Source: an uncultured virus (IMG/VR IMGVR_UViG_3300037483_000303) (lineage: Duplodnaviria > Heunggongvirae > Uroviricota > Caudoviricetes). Taken from it: DNA of 64,000 bases. The stretch lies in IMG/VR virus record IMGVR_UViG_3300037483_000303. One strand, given 5' to 3'. The translations under genes were made by a program, and so were the position numbers. The notes under the pieces were generated by a model that was given only the letters and a program-made list of their open reading frames with translations, was not told where the DNA came from and did no database searches. Positions 28,562-37,772 of this stretch are shown here, in pieces (position 1 is the first letter of the stretch; each line of letters starts with the position of its first letter).

Positions 28562-29395
28562 TTAAAGTAAATATGATAATTCTTTGATTGATTGTCTTGC
28601 GTCACACTCATTAAGACGTGAGTAGAAATCTAAAACATCCAAGCTTGGCCGCCCAATACATCCCGCAAAGCAGCCACAAATATTTAGCTGAGTATCTATC
28701 CAAAAATTACTCTTGTGTCCATGAAACGGGCAATCAGCGCGGTAGAAACGCTCATCTATCTTTTGCGCGGCAGGGAAGAACGAGAGAAGCGAAACACGCT
28801 CTTTTATCACCTCAATCGGGCTTTCGGTTTCTGGTATGTTTTGCGGCGCATACTTGGAACGCTGGCGCAAGGGAAAGACAAACGGTTCAAAAACGACGGG
28901 GGAGTAATTAAGAATCTGTTCGGGGGTCACGGTTCGGATATTCTCAGGATTATCAAGGTCAGTATAGGCGCGCCCTGATTCGTGAACGCTTGGAGGAGTT
29001 GTCACGAGGCGGCCAGCGCATTTCACCTCGAACAAGGCACCCTGCAAAGTATCCAGCTTGGTATGCTCAGATAGGTAGTAATAAACGTGTACGCCCCTGC
29101 TGCTGAGTACCCGGTAGGTATTAAGAATCGCTGGATTGTGTATCAAGTTCTGGACGTACCATGCGCTATAGGATTCGGGGTTGTCAAAGTCAAGTACACA
29201 GATTCCACACCACCCAGTCACAAGCGCAAGATTATGAGGTAAGCCATCCTCGTACCAGAGTTTGATTTGCTCAATTGAGGGAAGGCGGGTCCGATAAGGC
29301 GTCCAGGGGACAAGTGGCTTTTTACTACGATACACGAGGGGAACTGTACTGATGCCCTGATCAAGCCAAAAGAGAGATGCGTCAAGAGGGGTCAT
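28562..29395 (-). CDS. Bifunctional primase/polymerase (Prim-Pol) with C-terminal CHC2-like Zn finger
   Basis: NLALVTG, VLDFD, SRGVHVYY, PPSVHESG; CPFH...CFAGC. Confidence 0.88.
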   Translation of the reverse strand: MTPLDASLFWLDQGISTVPLVYRSKKPLVPWTPYRTRLPSIEQIKLWYEDGLPHNLALVTGWCGICVLDFDNPESYSAWYVQNLIHNPAILNTYRVLSSRGVHVYYYLSEHTKLDTLQGALFEVKCAGRLVTTPPSVHESGRAYTDLDNPENIRTVTPEQILNYSPVVFEPFVFPLRQRSKYAPQNIPETESPIEVIKERVSLLSFFPAAQKIDERFYRADCPFHGHKSNFWIDTQLNICGCFAGCIGRPSLDVLDFYSRLNECDARQSIKELSYLL

Positions 29396-29527
29396 AACTT
29401 TCTCCTTTTATGGATATACCGATACTTGCAATTCTCATAATCGGGATAGTAACTAATTGACCATTCCAATTTATCCCATGTTATAAGAATTTTCCATACC
29501 CAACAATAACCATACTCGGGCGCAAAT

Positions 29528-29716
29528 TCAATTATCCCCATTGACTTGCCCTATCAACTGGCGCGGGTCAACTTCGATTTTGCCCAGTAGCCACAGCTTT
29601 AACAAATGACTAACCACATAAGACAGGCTTCTATCTGTGCGCGGTCCACCTGCCTTTTGCTTGGCTTGCTCCCATAGATCACCGTCAATGTAAACACTTT
29701 TCGCTTCTTTTGCCAT
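29528..29716 (-). CDS. Ribbon-helix-helix regulator
   Basis: KSVYIDGDLWEQAK...RSLSYVVSHLL. Confidence 0.7.
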   Translation of the reverse strand: MAKEAKSVYIDGDLWEQAKQKAGGPRTDRSLSYVVSHLLKLWLLGKIEVDPRQLIGQVNGDN

Positions 29717-29744
29717 TTAATACCTCCAAAATTAAGATATAGTT

Positions 29745-29833
29745 ATCTTATCACATCTCAAATAGAAATGCAATAGGGCATACCTTAAAATATTGAAAAC
29801 CTATTGCATTTCTATTTAGACTGTGTTATAATT
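29745..29833. promoter_or_regulatory. Mirror-image divergent promoters
   Basis: 18-bp perfect inverted repeat 29760-29777/29800-29817, each copy containing TTGCAT followed by a -10 box. Confidence 0.75.
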
Positions 29834-29878
29834 CTCTTACAAATTCAATTTTATTCATAGCAGATAAGGAGAAACAAA

Positions 29879-30727
29879 ATGTCGAAATTTGCGCCCGCTA
29901 ACGGAGACAGTACCCCCATGACAAAATTTGGAGAAATGGACTGCCTCGCCGATGGCCCGTTCACAGCCAAAAATGGTGTTGTGTATTACAAGGCAACAGT
30001 GAACATCACCCCCTTCGTTGACCCTGATAATATCCCCACTGACCCCAAAGAGATGCAAGTGAAAACCTGGAAGCTGGTCACGGCCAAATGGAATCAGGAG
30101 TTTTCGCAGGTATTCTTTCCCTCCCTCGAATCGCAGATCGTCGGCGGCGTTATCAAGTCGGTTGACGATGTGTTCTCAGAAATGGGAGAACCGACAAAGC
30201 GTTTTTACGTGTCATACCAGACCCCGCTGTTACTCGTGCCGGCTAATGCTGATGACATTCAGTACGCAAAGGACCATGACCGGCTGGAGTCGCTGGTGCT
30301 CAACTCGCTAGGGCAAGCGCAGAAGAAACGCTATCCACCCAAGATCGTGAACATTTATGGTGACCGTACGGTGTGGGAAGCAGACGCGCTGAAATCCCCC
30401 CATCCGCAAAGCAACGGCGTCGCACCGCAGCCCGTCAAGGCACAGAGCAATCCCGAATATGCCGCCGCATTATCTGCGCTTCCCATCTTTGTGGCAAGTA
30501 GCGGGCTAAACCTGGCAAAGTTAGAGGCGAGCTTACAAGCACCGCCGTTAAACATTTACTTTAATATCAAGTCACCGGAAGTGCGTCTTGAGGTCGCTCG
30601 CGCCGTGATTGCCAAAACCGGCCCGACTGATGATAATGCCATTAAGGGCGCGTTGCTGGATTTTAACGGCTATCTGGACATCGAATCACCAGAAATCATA
30701 GCAGCGCGTGAAAGCATCCCGTTCTGA
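29879..30727 (+). CDS. Hypothetical protein, possible ssDNA-binding protein
   Basis: Heads the recombination operon; ends in ESIPF like SSB tails. Confidence 0.45.
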   Translation: MSKFAPANGDSTPMTKFGEMDCLADGPFTAKNGVVYYKATVNITPFVDPDNIPTDPKEMQVKTWKLVTAKWNQEFSQVFFPSLESQIVGGVIKSVDDVFSEMGEPTKRFYVSYQTPLLLVPANADDIQYAKDHDRLESLVLNSLGQAQKKRYPPKIVNIYGDRTVWEADALKSPHPQSNGVAPQPVKAQSNPEYAAALSALPIFVASSGLNLAKLEASLQAPPLNIYFNIKSPEVRLEVARAVIAKTGPTDDNAIKGALLDFNGYLDIESPEIIAARESIPF

Positions 30728-31404
30728 TGATCATCAAGGTTGACTCTAACGAACTCGTCACCGCCCCCTGGGTTGTAACTCAAATCAGGGAGCACCCACT
30801 CCTGGGCGCTCCCGAAATAACATCATTGCCCGCAGGTGACGTGTGGATTGAGGATAAAGAACTATTTATCTTTGAGCGCAAAAACCCCCACGACTTGATA
30901 GAGAGCATCAAAGATAAACGACTCTTTAATCAGTGTTGCGAGATGCGGCTAGAGTCAAGCCAGTGTCACGTTGTCATAATCGGGCAAATGGGATGGGGCA
31001 TGGACGGTAAAATCGTCGGTACAGGATTCAATTTTCGGGCAATCGAGGGAGCCATTCTAAGATGTCTAGATTATGGCGTGTATGTTTCTCATTGCCAGAA
31101 TCAAGCCGACTTTGCGACTCACCTGATATGGCTACTCAAAAGAGACAGAACAGAGCACGTATTTTTACCTCAGCGCACCGGCCTGGCCATGCCAGATGAC
31201 CAACGAATACTGGCAAGCTTGCCTGGTATCGGCCCAGAGCGAGCCGGAGAGCTTTTGAAGGAGCGCAACTTGCGCGATGCACTTTTGTGCCTCATTGATC
31301 CAGAGTGCAAGGTGAAGGGCATCGGGCCCGCCATTAAAAAAAATATCCGTGAATTACTAAACTTAAATCAAGGTGAAAAATTGGAGGTAACAAAAAATGA
31401 GTGA
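30727..31404 (+). CDS. ERCC4/XPF-like nuclease with HhH motifs
   Basis: VDSNE, GDV, FERK..DL, LPGIGP, VKGIGP. Confidence 0.85.
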   Translation: MIIKVDSNELVTAPWVVTQIREHPLLGAPEITSLPAGDVWIEDKELFIFERKNPHDLIESIKDKRLFNQCCEMRLESSQCHVVIIGQMGWGMDGKIVGTGFNFRAIEGAILRCLDYGVYVSHCQNQADFATHLIWLLKRDRTEHVFLPQRTGLAMPDDQRILASLPGIGPERAGELLKERNLRDALLCLIDPECKVKGIGPAIKKNIRELLNLNQGEKLEVTKNE

Positions 31405-31667
31405 GCCAATTACATTGGAAGATGGTAAATACACCTTTCAAGAAAATGATTACATTTTGACCTGTAAACGGCATGGAGAAAACTGGCGAGATTTAACAGG
31501 GGACAAGGCAGTAATGGCGCTATACAATTACACCCTGGCATTGCAAGGTATAGTGGTTGATAGTTTTTGCAATTGTGGCTATATTGTACCTAGCAAAAAC
31601 GCCAATAATCTCCAGGCCCATAAATTGGATTGTGAATTTTTACGTAAGCTAAAAGGAGTAATATCAA

Positions 31668-32465
31668 ATGACAAATGAATTAACTATCCGCCAGCAATTG
31701 ACCCCGGATACCTGGAAAATGATCGCTGAAATTGCGCCAACGATGGCGCAAAGTCGTTTATTTGGGGTAGCCAGCCCAGAGCAAGCCGCCGCCGTCATGC
31801 TCAAAGGTTTTGAGCTTGGCTTATCCCTTACTGCCTCGTTTGAGTTTATTCACCTGATAGATGGCAAGCCCGGCCTATCCCCCCGCGGCGCTTTGGCGCT
31901 TATCCAGCAAGATGCTAACTTTGGCGGTCTGGAAGTGAAAGATATTACTGACGCCAACGGACAGCCCTATGCTTGCCGGGTAACTATGACCCGCAAAAAT
32001 GGCTTTAGCTACACGGTAGAATTTAACATGGAAGATGCCAAACGCGCCGACCTGGTTAAAAAGGCAGGGGGATGGGAAAAGTACCCTGCGAACATGCTGC
32101 GCTGGCGAGCTATCGGCTATGCCGCCGATGTCGTTTTTCCCGATGTCCTGGGGGGAATGAAACGAGTTGACGAGCTTGGCGGAGCAATTACAGGCAAGGG
32201 TGATTTTGTAGTTGAAGTAACGCCTGAGCCAACTTACGATAAAGAACGAGATGGTTTTTTCAAAGAAGTCGAAGTACCTACTGAGATGATTCCCGCTTAC
32301 GGATTTGACGTGGGCCGCCTGGTCGAAGTCGCCAGCCAAGATGAAATCTTGGCGGCCAATGGCGGGCAATTCCCCTTGACGCCGGAGCAGGTAAACGCAA
32401 CTGTTCACAATCTTGTTATGTCTGGAAAGTTGGTACTGGAAAATGAGACAGAACCAGCCAGCTAG
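31668..32465 (+). CDS. RecT/Sak-like single-strand annealing protein
   Basis: GFELGL..IHLIDGKP, DAKRADL, WEKYPANMLRWRA, VFPDVLGG. Confidence 0.75.
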   Translation: MTNELTIRQQLTPDTWKMIAEIAPTMAQSRLFGVASPEQAAAVMLKGFELGLSLTASFEFIHLIDGKPGLSPRGALALIQQDANFGGLEVKDITDANGQPYACRVTMTRKNGFSYTVEFNMEDAKRADLVKKAGGWEKYPANMLRWRAIGYAADVVFPDVLGGMKRVDELGGAITGKGDFVVEVTPEPTYDKERDGFFKEVEVPTEMIPAYGFDVGRLVEVASQDEILAANGGQFPLTPEQVNATVHNLVMSGKLVLENETEPAS

Positions 32466-33282
32466 TCTGACACTTGACAGAGGTGACCTGATCCTCACTA
32501 GCCCGTTTAATCGCGGGCTAGTCGAGGGGATCAAGGCGCTGCCCTATCATGGCCGCCAATGGGACGCCAGCCGTAAAGTGTGGCGCATAAAGTACATGTG
32601 GGGCAGTGATGTGGCGACGCTGGTAAAAAAGCACCTGGGGCAGGATATACACGTACCCGCCCAAATTACATTCCGGGACCCCGGCCCGGTGACGCGCATG
32701 TTCAAAATTCGGTATGTAGGTTCAGCTAAAGAGAGGGATGACGGAACTCAAACAGCTATGGGTTTTGCTAATGAGGAATGGTCAGTAATTTTCCCCTTAA
32801 AGGTTTTGCAATCCTGGTTTGGACAAGATAACAAACCTGATGAGGCATTATCCTTATATGCAATACTAGGAATAAAATACAACGTCACCCAAGAGGAAAT
32901 AAAGAAAGCTCACAGGCTTGCTGCAAAAACATGGCATCCAGACCGAAATCGAGATGAGAATGCAACAGAGCAATTTAGGCTTATTCAACATGCCTATGAG
33001 ATTTTGTCAGATGACCAAATGAAAAGAAAATATGATGCTGGCCTAAAGTTCGAGAAAGATGCAAGAAAACATGATAAACGTCATCAAGAGCAAATCACCA
33101 ATAAATATGGCTATCACCCCCCTGTCAGATGTGGTTATGTAGTATGCGAAGGAACAGAATCATTAGGCAAGTTTATGGTAAACAGCATTATTGCCTGGAA
33201 TCCTATAACAAACCAAGATGGATTATCTCAGGTAAGCTATTGGCCCAAAGGAGCAGACTCCTTTAAGGAAGAATTTGTTTGA
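32413..33282 (+). CDS. J-domain (DnaJ-like) protein
   Basis: LYAILG..EIKKAHR..WHPDRN..AYEILSD..KYD. Confidence 0.85.
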   Translation: MLCLESWYWKMRQNQPASLTLDRGDLILTSPFNRGLVEGIKALPYHGRQWDASRKVWRIKYMWGSDVATLVKKHLGQDIHVPAQITFRDPGPVTRMFKIRYVGSAKERDDGTQTAMGFANEEWSVIFPLKVLQSWFGQDNKPDEALSLYAILGIKYNVTQEEIKKAHRLAAKTWHPDRNRDENATEQFRLIQHAYEILSDDQMKRKYDAGLKFEKDARKHDKRHQEQITNKYGYHPPVRCGYVVCEGTESLGKFMVNSIIAWNPITNQDGLSQVSYWPKGADSFKEEFV

Positions 33283-33435
33283 TTAAAAATCCACCTCATG
33301 ATATAATGTAATTGCTTAGACAGTTAGTCCAAATGGGGTAAAAATAATAGATTGTAAAAATCCCCTTTGAATGTGGCATTCGTGCCCCATGCTGACTGTC
33401 TAAGCAACATCAGCGACATTCAAGGGGGTTTTTAA
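33279..33435 (+). promoter_or_regulatory. Promoter plus structured leader with crossing stems upstream of the HNH-AP2 gene
   Basis: TTGATT-17-TATAAT; stems 33312-33327/33392-33407 and 33356-33374/33416-33433. Confidence 0.7.
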
Positions 33436-33439
33436 TTCC

Positions 33440-33895
33440 ATGACAAAAGTCATTCCACTAAACAAAGGCAAATCCACTCTGGTAGATGATGAAGATTATG
33501 AAATGCTAGTTTCGTATTGTTATGGCTGGTACTGCTCAAAAAATGGGTATGCTGTAATGGCAAGAGGTAAGTACATGCACCGCCTGATAATGAGCGACCC
33601 CCAAGATGGAGAAATCGACCATATTGACGGGGATAAACTGAATAATCAAAAATCTAATTTAAGGATAGTAAACCGTAGTCAAAATAACTATAACGCGAAA
33701 CCAAGAAAAAATGCTAGCTCAAAATTCAAAGGAGTGGTCTGGATTAAGACAAGAAGTAGATGGCAAGCTAATATACAAATAGATGGAAGGGTCAAATATT
33801 TAGGCATGTTTACTGATGAAATTGAAGCGGCTAAAGCCTATAACGAAGCTGCAATTCAACATCATAGTGAATACGCCAAACTAAATGAAGTCTAA
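33440..33895 (+). CDS. HNH-AP2 homing endonuclease
   Basis: MHRLIM, IDHIDGDKLNNQKSNLR, SKFKGV, YLGMF..EAAKAYN. Confidence 0.92.
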   Translation: MTKVIPLNKGKSTLVDDEDYEMLVSYCYGWYCSKNGYAVMARGKYMHRLIMSDPQDGEIDHIDGDKLNNQKSNLRIVNRSQNNYNAKPRKNASSKFKGVVWIKTRSRWQANIQIDGRVKYLGMFTDEIEAAKAYNEAAIQHHSEYAKLNEV

Positions 33896-33906
33896 AAGGA
33901 GAAATA

Positions 33907-34473
33907 ATGAATACCCAAATAGTTCCCGGCTCACTTTCGGCCATTGCTCAGCGTGATAACGTTGGGCTGGCCGAGTCGTTTTTGAACTGTGACGTTTTGA
34001 TCCTACTCGACATGTCAGGTAGCATGGACACCCACGACGCACCAGGCAACCGGACCCGCGCTGATGTCGCACGAGAAGACGTTATCCGCTTGCAAGCAAC
34101 TCACAAAGGTAAAATTGCACTTTTCTGTTTTGCCGATTACTGTATCTTTGCACCGGGTGGCATGCCCCTGAGTTGTGGCGGTAGTACGAACATGGCCGCC
34201 GCACTTCACTACGTGCAGCCGGCCGATGACTGCGGTAGCAAGATCATCTTAGTCAGCGATGGCATGCCGAATGACGCCACCAAGACGCTGGAGATTGCGC
34301 GCGAATTTAAGAATCGCATTGATACCATCTTCTGTGGCCCGGAGAATGACGTGGACGGCGGCCGGGCATTTCTTGAGAAGCTGGCACGGGCCACTGGCGG
34401 CCAGGCAGTAACAAGCGCCGCGCCGGGCGCGTTGGGGGAGGAGATGCTTTTGCTGATAGACAAAAGCGGGTAA
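33907..34473 (+). CDS. von Willebrand factor A domain protein
   Basis: MIDAS motif DMSGSM, GSTNM, VSDG, LARATGG. Confidence 0.85.
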   Translation: MNTQIVPGSLSAIAQRDNVGLAESFLNCDVLILLDMSGSMDTHDAPGNRTRADVAREDVIRLQATHKGKIALFCFADYCIFAPGGMPLSCGGSTNMAAALHYVQPADDCGSKIILVSDGMPNDATKTLEIAREFKNRIDTIFCGPENDVDGGRAFLEKLARATGGQAVTSAAPGALGEEMLLLIDKSG

Positions 34474-34632
34474 AAGTGGTAAGATAGAGAGGCAAGAAAA
34501 AAAGCCAGTAACTTTGCCGGGTCGCTGGCTTTCTTCTTCTAAAAGGAAATTATCGGATGACTGACTACATAAATATTTTAACACGATCTAAGTAATATGT
34601 CAAGGTAGGCGCTATAGCGTGCTACCTTTTTT
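34457..34632. promoter_or_regulatory. Replication leader: sense promoter, antisense RNA promoter and terminator, leader peptide, attenuator hairpin
   Basis: Plus TAGACA-17-TAAGAT; minus TTGACA-17-TAAAAT at 34575-34603; hairpins 34501-34532 and 34602-34632. Confidence 0.65.
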
Positions 34633-34655
34633 GTTTCTCCAAAAGGATTCTACGA

Positions 34656-35876
34656 ATGGCAACTACTCAGCAAGCAAAGCCAAACTCACAACAGGCAACT
34701 AATAGGCCAAATACCCCTCGTATCAATTCAAGAGTTTACATGCTTGAATTGATGAGCCTGGGCTATCAATTCCGCATCAATGAATGTGACGATAGTTTGG
34801 AGGTAAACGGTATACCCATAACTGACCCCCTACGCTCTAGAATCAGACGAGATATGCGGGACAAGGGCTACAGTCGCCACTTACAAGCAATGGAGGATGC
34901 TTATTTGGCCCATGCAATGGAAAACGGTTATCACCCGATAAAGGCATATCTTGATGGTCTAAAATGGGATGGCTACGGACACATTGATGACTTGGCAACC
35001 TATTTCACGGATATTCACGCCAAGCAACCAACACCATGCGGTGATGAGCCGGTTTTCAAGATATTCTTCAAACGCTGGATTGTCGGAGCGGTCGCTAAAG
35101 TTCTGGCCGCTAAACAAAACGCTATGCTCGTATTAGACGGAGCGCAGGGAATCGGGAAGAGTCATTTTGTGCGCTGGCTTGCTTCAGGCGTGCCTAGTAG
35201 GTACTTTATCGAAAAAGCAATAAATCCAGAGGATAAAGACGATGATGTAAGACTTATCAATAAGTGGATATGGGAAGTACCAGAATTGGGAGCGACTACC
35301 AAGAGAGCCGACCACGAAGCGATAAAGCACTTCATTTCAAAAATGGAAGTTACGGTCAGGAAGCCTTACGGCCATTATGATGTTCACAAAGCAGCAATGG
35401 CGAGCATGATAGGTACGATCAATAACGAAGTTGGATTTCTTAATGATGCAACTGGCAACCGGCGCTTTTTGGTTTGTACACTGGAAGATATAAACAAAGA
35501 GTACTCACTAAAAATAGACGTGAATCAAGTATGGGCCGAGGCGGTTGCTCTTTATAAATCAGGGGGAGAAACGGAGTTTCTTACCCAAGATGAAACGGAA
35601 CTGCAAACCTGCCTAAACGATACCTATATGGTTGACGATCCGATGCTAACCGGATTAGTCGAGAAACTTCAGGCTAATTCTAATGACCTTGACCCAGATC
35701 ATTGGGCGTCCTCTGTGACAATCTTAAGTGCACTAGGGTATACTCAGCCTCGTAAGGCTGATACGATGATACTAGCCGCTGCTGCTAAAAAGCTTAGCTT
35801 GACCAAATACAAAAAAAATGGCGTGTGGGGATATTATGGGGTAATTATCCCCCATAATTCCAAATATGCGCCATAG
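34656..35876 (+). CDS. VapE/VirE-family P-loop helicase (replication)
   Basis: YHPIKAYL, GAQGIGKS, WIWEVPEL, RKPYG, GTIN..FLNDATGNRRF. Confidence 0.88.
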   Translation: MATTQQAKPNSQQATNRPNTPRINSRVYMLELMSLGYQFRINECDDSLEVNGIPITDPLRSRIRRDMRDKGYSRHLQAMEDAYLAHAMENGYHPIKAYLDGLKWDGYGHIDDLATYFTDIHAKQPTPCGDEPVFKIFFKRWIVGAVAKVLAAKQNAMLVLDGAQGIGKSHFVRWLASGVPSRYFIEKAINPEDKDDDVRLINKWIWEVPELGATTKRADHEAIKHFISKMEVTVRKPYGHYDVHKAAMASMIGTINNEVGFLNDATGNRRFLVCTLEDINKEYSLKIDVNQVWAEAVALYKSGGETEFLTQDETELQTCLNDTYMVDDPMLTGLVEKLQANSNDLDPDHWASSVTILSALGYTQPRKADTMILAAAAKKLSLTKYKKNGVWGYYGVIIPHNSKYAP

Positions 35877-35889
35877 GAATTATGCGAAC

Positions 35890-36021
35890 CAAAATCCAAC
35901 CTACCCCCCAAAATCCAACCTATCCAACCTTTTGCATAAAAGTAGGTTTATTTTCATGATATACCCCCATAATTAAACCTATCTTTCCATTAAAAGGTTG
36001 GATAGGTTGGATAGGTTGGAC
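35890..36021. repeat. Putative replication origin (inverted iteron clusters)
   Basis: ATCCAACCT x3 (35894, 35913, 35922) facing AGGTTGGAY x3 (35995, 36004, 36013) across an AT-rich core. Confidence 0.7.
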
Positions 36022-36045
36022 AGTAACAGAAAGGAATAGACTACT

Positions 36046-36387
36046 TTGAATCACACCCCTGAATACCGCGCCTATCTTCGCTCCCCCAAGTGGCGGCTAA
36101 TTCGCTGGCTAAAATTGTGCATGGCCGGCTTCAAGTGCCAGCAATGCGGCGCTACCCGCAAATTGCAGGTGCATCACCTTACCTATGAGCATCTTTACAA
36201 CGAGCACCTGGGAGACTTGCAGGTATTGTGTAAAAGCTGTCACCCGCTGGCCGATGAAGAGCGACGCAGGGCTAAAGCGATTGACACGTTCATGTGTAAA
36301 ACGGTAGGTGATGACTGGCGTACCTGGATCACGGATAGCCAGGCCGCCGCGCAATTTGACGGGTGGCTGAAAGGGAAACAACAATGA
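36046..36387 (+). CDS. HNH endonuclease
   Basis: CQQCG..LQVHHLTY..DLQVLCKSCH. Confidence 0.8.
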   Translation: MNHTPEYRAYLRSPKWRLIRWLKLCMAGFKCQQCGATRKLQVHHLTYEHLYNEHLGDLQVLCKSCHPLADEERRRAKAIDTFMCKTVGDDWRTWITDSQAAAQFDGWLKGKQQ

Positions 36388-36687
36388 GACGTTTATACCT
36401 ATTCTTTTACTATTGCTATGCTCTGCAATGGCCGGTACAGGACGTGTATATATTCAGTCCCGGTTTAGCGTGGTGGCTGGCGGGCATAGCCGAGGAATCA
36501 AAAAGGGGTGCTAGTTAGCACCCCTTTAATAATTACTTCTTCTCCCGGCCTTCCCGTCGTTTCACCAAATCCTCTTTTGGCACTGGATTCCTATCCCGTA
36601 TTTTACCACGGCTGTAATGCCTTGCACAGAGAAGGCGGTCGTCCTCGGTTGGTTTGCCACAAACTGAACATCTCATAAATTCTCTCC

Positions 36688-36906
36688 TTAATTTACCCGC
36701 CCCATTCTCTTTGCAGCGTTAGTCTTTGACCACTCGCCATAAAAGAACGGAAGTGCTTTACCATTGCTGCAATCATTAAAGCCAGATGTCCACCATCGGC
36801 GGCAATCCTCCCGATGATATGGGTTTTCGTTAAGCATCTTACCTATCAAGGTAGCATCCCAACCAGTCATGTAGATAGTTCTAAATCTAGCAGTGCTAAA
36901 AGACAT
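36688..36906 (-). CDS. Small Rmf-like motif protein
   Basis: YMTGWDA...NPY...WWTSGF; AAGGAGAG RBS. Confidence 0.45.
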   Translation of the reverse strand: MSFSTARFRTIYMTGWDATLIGKMLNENPYHREDCRRWWTSGFNDCSNGKALPFFYGEWSKTNAAKRMGRVN

Positions 36907-36909
36907 AAT

Positions 36910-37440
36910 ATCTCTCCTTACCTAAATCCATTCTGGGCCGGGCCAAGTTTTACCCTGGCAGGTTAGTTAGTCTTTCCCAACCGTCAACCAGTACAGGCGA
37001 GTGATCTACCAACGTTTACAGCCGCATTATTATCGGCATCTGTAGTGACTTGCTACAAGTTTTTGGCGCGTTCCTCGTTTCCACCTGGCTTGTGCATGAC
37101 ACCCGGCCCAGAATGGATTTAATTTAACCCACCTCACAGATAGCCAGCCTGCAAGGCGGGCCAGTTGAATTTGCACGAATTGGATTCTCATTTGGACGGC
37201 TGGCCAGACCTCCGTAATCCTCAAGTAACAAGCGGGGTAAGCACTGTAACCCTTACTTTGTGACCTTACTCCTCTTATCTCAGGGTTGACTTGTTACTAT
37301 GTTGGCATTTTAGCGGGTTAAGGTTGCGCCCCCCCCGCTGTATTTAGTCCCTTGTATCAGATATGTCAGGGCGGGACGGCACGCCAAGCCTCTTTTGCCT
37401 TCTCACCTCTAAGCGCGTCCTGTCAGGTAAAAAGTAGCGC
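36910..37440 (-). ncRNA. Large structured non-coding RNA or leader
   Basis: Promoter TTGACA-17-TATAGT at 37447-37475; 20-bp perfect inverted repeat 36923-36942/37102-37121; further stems. Confidence 0.55.
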
Positions 37441-37541
37441 ATAATCACTATAAGCTTTTTCGCGCAAAATGTCAAGATGTAATTTAATTTTTTAAGGTAA
37501 CTACTATTGCAATTTGTTATTTAATATGATATTATCTCAGT

Positions 37542-37772
37542 ATGGACAACAAACAAGCAGTTAGGCGATATTTTAGAGAGAAGATGCACGAGCGCCGGGG
37601 TGCAGGTCGGCGCAGTTACGTGACCGAGTTGGAGAATACGCAGGTAATGGTTGCCTGGTTCGCAGGTAACATAACTACTGACCAGGCGACGGAGTTCATC
37701 GGCTGCACAGAGACGCAATTAGTTGAACTTCGGGAGCAGACTATTGAATCCGGAATGGAGTTGGCACGATGA
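37542..37772 (+). CDS. Small leaderless protein
   Basis: TTGCAA-17-TATTAT with ATG 7 nt downstream. Confidence 0.6.
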   Translation: MDNKQAVRRYFREKMHERRGAGRRSYVTELENTQVMVAWFAGNITTDQATEFIGCTETQLVELREQTIESGMELAR

